Shown here in pieces: positions 1 to 10,499 of a DNA stretch of 64,000 nucleotides. The notes below the pieces were generated by a model. It saw only the letters and a program-made list of their open reading frames with translations, did not search any database and was not told the origin of the DNA. Each line of letters begins with the position of its first letter. The stretch's first letter is position 1. The stretch covers positions 4,154,001-4,218,000 of the forward strand of contig JBHGNT010000022.1 in NCBI GenBank assembly GCA_043228905.1. Reading direction: 5' to 3'. The position numbers and the translations under genes were made by a program. The DNA is from Azolla caroliniana (Eukaryota > Plantae > Polypodiophyta).

Positions 1-2217
1 AGGTTAGTTCAACACGATTGGACACTGATAAGCACATAAGAACACACTAATTCAAGTGCTTGTATAGATTATTGCATCTAGCTTTCTACTGGTGGATTCA
101 ACATGATCAGAGGTTAAATCAACACGATTGGAGATTATGGCATTAATGAAACTGTATACAGTTGTGTGTCCGAGTGTATAAATAAGCATATTGGAGATTA
201 TGGCATTGATGAACCGCGGACAGTTGTGCGAGAGAAGTATGCTAATTCAAATGCTCGTGGAGATTATGGCATCTAACTTTCAAGCCTAGAAGAAACACTA
301 TCGGCTGTGTTGATTGGGAGATTGTGTGAACTCGAGATTCATTTATACTTTCCTCAAATGTCTGGGATCGTGGAATCTGGTGAGGCAAGAAACAATACTC
401 CATGCAAAGTTTCTTGTTAATCCCCATCATTTGTGTTGTAGTATGTAACATATTGTAAACATGGGTCTTGTGCATTCATCATTTTACAACATGGTTGATG
501 CTATATAGTATGACTTTAATTCCATCTTGATTGTTTAGGTCCTGCACAACTCGTATGACATTGTTGGATTAATAATGCATGTATATGAAAGAGGGGTTTG
601 GATTAATGTTTGCTTTTGTGATGTCTCTCTTGCACTGCAGGGTGCCATTTTTTTTTCAAGTAAATGCCATATTATTACATTTGAAGTTGGTTTAATCGAA
701 AGTTTGTTTTCTCAATTAAATGCCATATTACATTCGAAGATTGGTTTAATCAGAAGTTCTGCATGGGATACATACTGAAGTCTCGGGAAGTTCAGTTTTT
801 GTCACGTGAGATGCAATGCTGAAGGCTGGTTTGCATAAGTACACACAAGGGTCTTGGGATCTCTTAAATTGCTCATGTGGAAACTTTTAGTATTCTTTCA
901 ATGTGGTAGTTATAAAAAAGTCTTGGCACTTGAAGTGGGGCACATGTTTGCAATGGAGTCCCAAATTGAGAACCTAATTCTCCTTGTGTTTCGAATAGGA
1001 TTATAGAGAATGATAGTTTATATGAATTGTGTGTTATCGATTAATCTTCACAATTTATAGAGCAACAATGAAACTACATTTCTCGACATTGCATTCAAGA
1101 GAAAAAATTTGTGGCTTATAATCAAATCGTGTGGCTTATAAAGGTGAGGTTAAGGACCTCATCACTGTTGTGAAGCAATTGCTTAACGATATAGAAATAA
1201 ATTCAAATATTTTATCCAATGACATTTTGTGAGGTTCAAACTTATAACCTTCTTGTATATCAAGGACAAGGTATAAACCATTAGGATATTGAGATATTAA
1301 TGAAACACAGCACACGAATAAACTTATACATTTGCATAATTTAATCATTGATTGGAAAGACAATGGCATTCACAAGCTTTAGCATAATTGTATTTGGCTA
1401 GGGTCAATTGAAAAACAAGCCATTGAATGCATATTTATGGATGAATGGTGGTTGTCTACAAGATTATTAAATGCCTTTTCATCTTTTGCATATTTATGTA
1501 GCCACAAAATATATCTATGTGCTATATAAAGGGTTTCTAAGCTTAGTGGGATTGGATATTATCTACTACTATTATAGAGCAAGCGAAATGACAATATTCG
1601 AAAGGTTTACAATGTTTAGTTTGTAGTTATATGTGGAGCATGAAAACTTCGTTGATCCACCTTAGAGTTGTAAAATCGCAAGTCGATGTACAAATAATGA
1701 GTGAGAGTGGTTTGTCAAGTGTTCAAGACTTTTGACAAGAAGAACTTAAAACATATTCACCTGGGGGGTACAATTTTTTTCCTTCCAAAAAAACACTACT
1801 TCGCATTAGTTAGCAAACAATTACATCATAGACCACCAAAAATTCAGCAACCCTTACTCTGGCATTCTCACCAAAGTGGACATAGTCCCCACATCATTTA
1901 CAACAAAAGTATCCACAACTCCTATAACCTAGTAATTTGTACTATATCTATATGTAAAAAGAATGGCGTGCGGAAGCAATAGAAAACCGAACACAGAAAA
2001 CGCAGGTTTAATGGAGAGCTTGAATATTCACAGTATGCAGGAGACACAGAGAGAGAGCACACAAAAAACCTCGATTCAAAATAATACTCAATCTGTACAT
2101 ACACCGTGCTCAGTGAGCACCTTTTATAGAAGCCCTGACAATTTGGCTGACACAAGTACTGACAGTACTTGACTGCTCATAAATGAGCCTCGACACTCAC
2201 TCCCAAAATTATTCCTT

Positions 2218-4950
2218 ATGCTACAACAACTTAAAGAGCTCACGGAAGATACAAGCCAGGGAGACCGGATAGTCCCGGTGGAATCGGTCGAGATGTACGA
2301 GATCATTGTGAAAATGGGGCCGGATGCGCTCCACAAAGAAGAAGCAATGGTAAGTACAAAATACAAGACCGTGGAGAAGAAAGTGAAACCGGCCGCGGGA
2401 CCATTACCCGCCGATAGCGAGCAAAAGAGGAAAGAAGTCTCAGGAGGTCCGACACTTCGAAAGTTTGTGGATATCAGACATGGCTTCATGGATGAGACTC
2501 GGAAGAAACTTCCGATGGGTGGAGGTGGTTTCCTTTTACAAAATGAAGAAGAACGATTCCGTGGGATGTTGGAACAACATGGGAAAGCATTTGCATTCAC
2601 ATCGAAGGAGATAGGGTGCGTTGATCCGAAGATAGTGGAGCCAATGGTGATCTTCACGATTGACCATGTGCTGTGGAACTTGAAGCCGATTCCAGTGCCG
2701 CGGGCGCATATTCCCAAAATCATTGACTTGCTCAAGGAGAAGGTGGCGATGGGGATTCTAGAGCCATCAAACGCTCTGTACTCAAATCGATGGTTTACGG
2801 TTCCGAAGAAGAATGGGTCACTCCGATTTATCCAAGACTTGCAACCGGTGAACAAGGTCACGATCTGGAACTCCGGAGTCGGTCCGATAGTGAACGAATT
2901 TGTCGAAGCATTTGCCGGTTGTGCGATATACTCCATCGGAGACTTATACTCGGGGTATGACCAAATCCAACTAGCCGTGGAGAGCCGAGATATCACTACC
3001 ATGCGGACACCGATAGGATTAGTCCGGATGTGTACGCTACCACAAGGCACGACGAACTCGGTCGCACATATGATGAATGCAATGAACAAGGTGCTTCGAG
3101 ACTGCATTCCGGAGATAACAATGTCGTTCCTAGATGACATTGCGATGAAAGGATGCGCGGTAGAAGAAAAAGATGAAACTATGGATGATCGGGGATGCCG
3201 AAAGTTCATAGTCGACCATATTCATGATTGCGAGAAAATGCTTCGGAAGTTAGAAGATGTGCACCTAACACTTTCCGGTGAGAAATCGGCATTCGAGCAA
3301 GAAGAAATATTGGTAGTCGGACATCTATGTGGGCCCTACGGCCGAAGACCGTCACCAACCAAGATCAATGCGATACAAGCTATGAAAGAAGCATGCGAGT
3401 CACAATCCAAAGTCCGGAGGTTTCTTGGAGCATGTGCATTCTATCACATATGGATTCCGCACTATGCACATATTGCGGACCCACTCTATTACTTGTTGCG
3501 GAAGGGCAAGAAGTTTGAATGGAAACCGGAGCATACCAAAGCTGTGAAGAAGCTCAAGAAATCACTACGGAGGGCAAAAGCACTACAGAAGCCGAACTAT
3601 GATTGGCTAGTTATAGTAACGGTTGACACAAGTCCAACCGGAATCGGATGGGTCATCAATCAAGCCGACTCGGATGGTTCGCGATATCCGATCCGATTCG
3701 GAGCAAAGGTTCTCAACGAAAGGAAACGCGGATATGCACAAGTCAAAAGAGAATTATGGGGAGTTGTGTCGGTAATAAAATCGGATCGAGATTATTTGAT
3801 CAGAGCCGAAGCAGTGATCGAAACGGATTGTCTTCCGATACTTGGGATGATGCGGTATTGCACGATACCGGATGTGGCTATGCTAAGGTGGATTGCATAT
3901 GTTAAGTCACTTAATTCGGAGGTACGGCGCATCTTCGGAAAAGACAACGTGGTAGCGCATATGCTATCAAGGGTGCGGTTCGGAGATGACATAACCGAAT
4001 CTGATAATGAAGAAGTTTCCGAAGACTACTTTGCTTCGGAGCACATATGCCGGGTGAACGTAATCCGAGAATTCCAGGAAGAAGAATACGAGGGAGAAAG
4101 CTTGCTGATCGGAAAAGTGCTACAAGAAATCGAGGAATCATCGAACAATAAAGAGAAGAGAGTCGAGATCCAAAGTAAGAAGCGGCAAGTCCGAAAGTTT
4201 TTCTTGAAAAATGGATTAATATGGAGGGAGCCGAAAAGACCAGATGGCATACCACTTCGGGTAGTTGGGACAAAGAGCAACGAAACCGGATAATGTCCGA
4301 ATTTCACGAATCCGATTGGGCTGGACATCGAGGAACATGGGCAACTTTTGTGAAAATCAAACAAAAATATTCGTGGAAGAACATGTACAAAGATATAGCG
4401 GAGTTCACGGAAAGCTGCGAGAAGTGTCAAATCTACTCCGGAGTTCGACACTGAGATGAGTTACATCCGACATTCTCACCGACAATCAACTTCAAGTGGA
4501 TGGTCGATATTGTAGCCATGCCAACCGGGATCGGACAAAAGAAGTACTTGGTGTTAGCTCGGGAAGATCTCACAAACCAAGTAGAAGGTCGAGCGCTACG
4601 AAGGAAAACGTGTTCTGCGGTATGCCAATTTCTTTTGGAGGAGGTGTTTTGCAGGTACGGGTGCGTAGGACAAGTGATTGCGGATCGGGGAGAACTCGAC
4701 TCTGATAAAGCTAAGGAATTCTTCACCAAACATGGAGTTCGGTTAACGCTAACAACGGCATACAATCCGATTGTCAAAGCACTTGCCAGAGCATGCGACG
4801 GAAGGGTGAAGGATTGGCCATAGATGCTCCCGTATGCACTATGGGCGGATCAGACGACACATAGCTCCGTAACCAGTTACATGCCAGCAGAACTCATGAA
4901 CAGACAAGCACCGGTAATGCCAACGGAAACCACAATTGCGACATGGACAA
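2218..4950 (+). pseudogene. Ty3/gypsy pol fragment (RT-RNaseH-integrase), non-chromovirus fungal-like lineage
   Basis: 691-aa ORF 2218-4293 with RT motifs (WFTVPKKNGSLRFIQDLQPVN, DLYSGYDQ, LPQG, FLDD) and RNaseH (VDTSPTGIG, KRELWG, ETDC). Frameshifted integrase follows: HHCC (HESDWAGH...CEKC) and core (VDIV, IADRGE). Confidence 0.93.
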
Positions 4951-4954
4951 TGCC

Positions 4955-5037
4955 TTAGAATTTTCTTTTCTCCTAGTCCAAAACTCAATGGTTCCCACCC
5001 GACTCACGCAAACGATCCGGCGCCGAAAGGCACGACA
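4955..5037 (+). mobile_element. Remnant 3' end of a gypsy LTR (ends ...CACGACA)
   Basis: Reverse complement TGTCGTG...GGGAACCATTGAGTTTTGGACT resembles the LTR ends at 56496 and 63326. It abuts the copia protease codons exactly after NHMT. Confidence 0.7.
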
Positions 5038-6085
5038 ACGTCATGTGGTTTGACGCGCCGGAGTCGATGTACCACACCTCGTTCGACTTCGGGGTGATCT
5101 TCTTCATTGAGTTTTCTTCGTGTCTCGTCACGAAGGCTGATCCTTTTCCGGATTTTCTGGATCCTTCGGCGTAGTGCAATCGTTGCCGATTTCCTTTGTC
5201 AGTCTGTCCGGAACCTGATCCGGACCCGGTTCTCTCCGAATCGGCACGCTTTTTCCAGCACTCGCTCTCCCTGTGGCCTTTCTTGCCACAGTACCAGCAT
5301 TCCGCGACGAATTTCCCTTGCCGGTTCTCATCGCCTCGACTCCCCTTGTTTCTGGAGGGTCTGGAATTGCTATTGGCATCACTTCGGTGCCTTCTTCCAT
5401 GATCATGTTGGCCGCCTCCATTGCGCACCACCTTGCCTCGTTTGCCACGACCACGAGGTCTATCTCCCTCTATCTACAACATCTTGCTGTCGACATGCGT
5501 GCTTGTCGACGCACCCGCGTGGTTCTCCTCTATAAGGAGCATTGACTATAGGTTGAAAAACGATGGCGTATTCTCCCGTGTACACACAGTAGTTCGGAAT
5601 GCTCCGAACTTCGACGCCAGTCCCCTGAGACAAATCTGCACCATCTCACCTTCCTCGACATTCACATCGATGGAGGCTAAGGAGTCACATATATCTTTGA
5701 TCTTCGAGGTGTAATCAGACACCAACAAGTCATGTTGTCGTAGGTTGCTTAGCTCCTGTCGGAGTTGAAGCTTCCTGGCTATAGTGCTTGCAGCGAAAAT
5801 CTTCTTCAGATTTCCCCAAGCATCTTTCGGCATTTTTGCATCCTGAATGTAGCTTAGGAGTTGTTCACCCACAGAAGACGCGAAGCAGTACAATACTCTG
5901 CTCGTTGATTGTTCCCACATCGGGAAATCTCTGTGTGTCGACTCGGGTGCTGTGTCATTTGCTTCGTCGACATAGCTCCAGTAACCGTGCCCAAGCAAGT
6001 ATTGGTGCATCTTATAGGACCAAGACGCGTAGTTGTTTCTGTCGAGCTTCTCCGTCGGAAGTGAGCTAGCCATGCCTCTATCCAT
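5038..6085 (-). pseudogene. copia gag and start of protease (frameshifted)
   Basis: EKLDRNNYASWSYKMHQYL gag N-terminus, CCHC knuckle CWYCGKKGHRESEC, protease WYIDSGASNHMT. Confidence 0.9.
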
Positions 6086-6578
6086 CTGCTTTACCTGTTC
6101 TTCTTGGTTAGTTTTCTTTTCAAGCTATGTCAGCTACAAAGGTTCTCAACCCTCGCGCTCTCATACCATGTAAAAAGAATGGCATGCGGAAGCAATAGAA
6201 AACCGAACACAGAAAACGCAGATTTAATGGAGAGCTTGAATATTCACAGTACGCAGGAGACACAGAGAGAGAGCACACAAAAAAACGCGATTCAAAATAA
6301 TACTCAATCTGTACATGCACCGTGCTCAGTGAGCACCTTTTATACAAGCCCTGACAATCGGGTTGACACAAGTACTGATAGTACTTGACTGCTCATAAAT
6401 GAGCCTCAACACTCACTCCCAAAATTATTCCTTACGAGGAATATCTCTCTAACGGCCTTTCGGCTTACCCACCGATATGGCCAGTTTGTGCGTACCGATT
6501 TACTCACCCAGTCTATGCACTGGGTTACGCATCGTATTATGCACAAATGTTGAGCTTGTCTCTCAACACTATACTTAG

Positions 6579-7352
6579 TTACAACACCTGGGCACTAATG
6601 GAAGGCATTGGGGGTAACAACCATCGGGGTGCTTGGTAGTTCCATTCAGGTCCTGATGATGATCTGCCCACCATAGGAGAACTACCCCATTTCAGCAGGA
6701 ACTTTGAACGAGCTCTTTCAGCTGCATCAGATTCCCCGTAAATCGAGTTGTACCATCCCCGTAGCCAAGATACCAGCTCGAATAAGATATTTAACAACAC
6801 CTCACCGTTAGGGATCTTTTTGCTATTGAAAAACAAACTTACAATGCCTGGTCCAAATGTGCCAGATCGATAAACAAGCCACCATCATCCATATCTCTTC
6901 AAAAAATTCTGAGTTAGTGCCAGGTTGAACTCCAGCATGTTGAAACACCTTGCCACCCTGCACTATAAATCCATGACCATGGGGGTTTAACTGTTCAGCC
7001 CAGCCTTCCCCTGTTAACTTCAACCCCCTATACGAACCCCTATACGAACCCCCATACCACTCTCCCATTCACACCGCATGCTGCCACTATCCTAAGACTT
7101 CTACCCCCAATGTTAATAGCCTCTCCACAATTCCAAAAACAGTGAGGAATTGATTCCAAAGGGTGTCCACATATCTTGCAACCAGCCTCACCACCACGAC
7201 ACCTGAGCCACTCCCCCACCGGTACCGCTTTATGATTAAGAAGCCACCACCAAAGCTTTATTTTTTCTGGCATATCGAACGCCCATAGTCTCCTCCAAAA
7301 CGACTTCAACAAGTTGTCAGAAATGCCTTTATCCTTCCAACCATAGATTGAC
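6579..7352 (-). mobile_element. L1-type LINE ORF2 3' fragment (zf-RVT region)
   Basis: FWRRLW...PEKIKLWWWLL...CKICGHPLESIPHCFWNC and IWHIW motifs, frameshifted. The copia at 1953-6568 inserted just after its stop codon. Confidence 0.85.
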
Positions 7353-7860
7353 ACATGCCTGATATTCGTCATATTCTCCATGCGTGATATTCTCAATTCG
7401 AGAATACGAAATGGACCCAAGAATATTATAAAACCATTTGTTTTACAAAATATATAAAATATTAATTCATTCATCTTTTTATTTAAATAAATTTAATTCA
7501 CTAAAAAAAGAACAATCATTCATTAATAGATTATATACATATGATCATAGATTGACCCATGCATGATATGCGTGGTATTCAACATCCACAATATTCGTAG
7601 TATTTGAGAATATAAAATTGCTCCAAGAATATTATAAAACCATTCGTTTATGGAAAATAAATTTACATAATAAAAATTATTCAATTCACTTAAAAAAAAA
7701 GGAAAAATCACCAATTAATAGAAAAATGGAAGGTCTTAAAAATCACACTAACATAAGAAAGAAAAGTTTTAATTAAAGCGATTATGAGCCGTTATATTCT
7801 AATTTCTAAGTTCTAGGTTCTAACTTCTAACTTGTAAGTAATGCTTCGAAATTTAGGAGT

Positions 7861-8907
7861 CTATGCACTATCACATTCATCATCCGTATCTTCAAGCTCA
7901 TCCCTAATGTCCTTATGATCTTCATTTTCATCAATAGCTTGATTTTGCATTCTCAAAAGTCTCTCATCATCTTCTTCTTTGTTGATCATATCTAATGTTG
8001 CTTCAATTAGGCATAATCCCCTTTCCTTTATTCTTCTAATGAGACAATGATTTGTATGTATGTAAACCAATTTCTCAACATGAGCATGAGTCAATCTATT
8101 TCTTTTTTTTGTATGTATCGATGAGAATGTATTCCAATTTCTTTCACAAGAAGATGCACATGAACCTTGAGAAAGCACACGAATTGCAAGCCTTTTTAAG
8201 TTTGGAGTGCTTGCTCCAAATGTTTCCCACCACTTAATTGCATCATGCATTCTAGTTGGATCATTTGCCATAGGAACTTGAAATGAACTCTTTTGTTGAG
8301 TTTTATAAGCATAGAATTCATCTAATAAAACACCACATAAAGGTATATCACCATTAGTATACCGCATAATAGTTTCCATCCAACTTGTATTCAGCTTCTC
8401 ATCAATATCTTGAATTTTTTCTCTCCAAATTGGATGCAAAATAAAGCCAATTGCATGCAATGGTGAATGTAGCATTGTCCATCTTTGCATACATATTCCC
8501 CGAATTTCATCAAGCAATAAACGATCTACATCTTCAATGTGGTTTATTTCTTCTATCATACGATGAGTACATTCATAAATTAAACCCATGGTTGCACCTT
8601 CTCTATCAACATTCATATCAACATTTGTGCTACAATTTTCAGCATTGCATTCCATTGATGACTCATCATTCATGTCAACATTTGCACAACCAAATACCAT
8701 TTTTTGTACTTCAACTTTTATAACAACATCAATTTGACGGCATTTGTCAACACCTAAACCTTTCAAGCCCAACAAGTGAGCTCTGATTCGAAAGGGGCCA
8801 CCAACAAATACATGGTGACAATGATTGCATTGAACAACATGCATACCCTTATCATGTTTTCTCAAAACAGCCACATGATTCCATTCGAAGCTCTTTTGTT
8901 TCACCAT
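7861..8907 (-). mobile_element. hAT-family transposase derivative (BED finger plus C-terminal dimerisation domain, core deleted)
   Basis: BED finger W..V...CNHC...RIRAHL...C. C-terminal RWTMLHSPLHAIGFILHP, WWETFG..TPNLKRLAIRVLSQGSCASSCERNW, HTKKRNRL. At 348 aa it is far shorter than a full hAT transposase. Confidence 0.88.
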
Positions 8908-8979
8908 TTAGTAAATTAACCTTTAGCTGATCGTGAAAGAGATTAATTTGATACCTAAAAATGAATTAAAACCTTTCTT

Positions 8980-9300
8980 ATCCAAAATCTTCATTAATCC
9001 TACCTCTAATTAAAATTTATTATGATTGCATAATCCTACAATGCTAGCATGAATAAATCACAAAAGATTGGACAACATTGAGATGAGAAGAGAGACTTAA
9101 TGAGCTTTGCCAAAACCCTAATTTTTAGGAAATTTTTTTTAAGAGACTTTTTGATCCAAAATCTTCATTAATCTGGCCTCTAATTAAAATCTAATTAAGT
9201 TTGGATGATCCTACAATGCCTCTAATTAAAATCTAATCTTATGATCATTGCACAACTAAGAAGAGAGACTTTTCGAGTTTTGCCCAAACCCTAATTTTCT
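8980..9300. repeat. Degenerate two-copy tandem duplication (~170 bp) upstream of the hAT ORF
   Basis: ATCCAAAATCTTCATTAATC...CTCTAATTAAAAT...ATCCTACAATGC and AAGAGAGACTT...TTTGCC(A/C)AAACCCTAATTTT each occur twice. Confidence 0.7.
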
Positions 9301-10499
9301 TTATGAAATATATAGAAAGAGGTCTCAAATAGAATGCCTCCACAACCAATTTACTCGGGATACTATGACTAAAGTATGCAACAAAATACACTATATTAAA
9401 TGACCCAATTGATAAAAAAACCCCATAGGCTATAGCATATTCATAATCCATGCAATTATTTTCAATATGTTTTCATCACCATAGGTCCTAACATCTTCAT
9501 ATTCCATGGAGTTATTTCCATATGATCCTAATTCCTCATCATTACCAAGCATAGGTGGGGAGAAATTCATTATCCAGACACAATTATCAAAAGCAAGATA
9601 TGCAACGGGGATTGATCCGAATTTGAGGTAACTATATAATGACCACATTTGGGCCAAACAACGAAATCTGCCATATAACTTTGAAAAAGCACAAATATAA
9701 ACCCTAAATCCTAAACCACACACACAAGCATCAAGAAATACTAGTCAAATTTGAGCAGCCAAGAGACATAAGAATTTAAATAGAAGATTACATGAAATGA
9801 GGTTGGGACGTCAAACATCACAAAGTATGAGGAAATGTAGAAGAGAGACAGTCTTACCAATTTTTGCCTGAGTTTTGCCCGAGTGTATGTCTTACGCAGG
9901 AGGAGGAAAGGACGGAGTCGAACCCTAAATTTCGAGGAGCCGATGTTTGATGTTGTTCCCTGTTGATTGGTGATTGCTATTCCCTACAGAAACCTAGTAC
10001 TACCAACCAGACCCTCCCTTCTTTTCCTTTTGAAAACCTCCTAGTCTCTTACTAAACTAACATTGTACCCTACCATTTGTCCCCATGGCAAGTATTTTTC
10101 CTGGCCAAGCATCATACCGTCATCACTTCTAATCCTAGGGTTCCAAAATAGTGGTTGACGGAGCTGTTCCTCCATCGTTGTAATATATATCCAAGACCTT
10201 GTAATATATGGAGGAGCCCAATTATTATGACATGACTAATGTAATGTCACAACAAAAGGCCTCTTTTGGTTTTCATGACCGCAAGATAATCTTGTACATT
10301 TAAGACTTAAAACCATGAAAGCAATAGAATTTCCATGTGGGAGGCAAACTTAGCATGTAAACAATATTATTAACCAACACATTAATAAGGTAGAAAAGTT
10401 TGTTAACAATCTTATTTTTTTGCTAATGTTCTTGAGAAGTTTCGAAGAAATCCCATGTTTCGTAAGTCGATGAACAACAATAGCCAATTCATACCTAGC

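Larger units (their letters stand above)
1953..6568 (-). mobile_element. Ty1/copia LTR retrotransposon, internally deleted, carrying an inverted gypsy fragment
   Basis: Direct-repeat LTRs: 6169-6568 (TGTAAAAAGAATGG...CTCAACA) and a truncated copy 1953-~2220. 5-bp TSD CTATA at 1948-1952 and 6569-6573. PBS TGGTATGAGAGC (tRNA-iMet-like) on minus at 6157-6168. Confidence 0.92.

Noticed and set aside
1-760. Short degenerate repeats (TTCAACACGATTGG, GGAGATTATGGCAT, ~55-bp duplication at 660-757)
   Set aside because: Too degenerate and cut by the window edge to assign to a family or function.
2124-3209. 361-aa minus-strand ORF
   Set aside because: Antisense shadow of the gypsy RT; no recognisable motifs.
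7354-7420. Possible hAT terminal/subterminal repeats (CATGCCTGATATTC, CATGCGTGATATTC)
   Set aside because: No matching inverted end or 8-bp TSD found by eye, so the element boundaries are unsupported.
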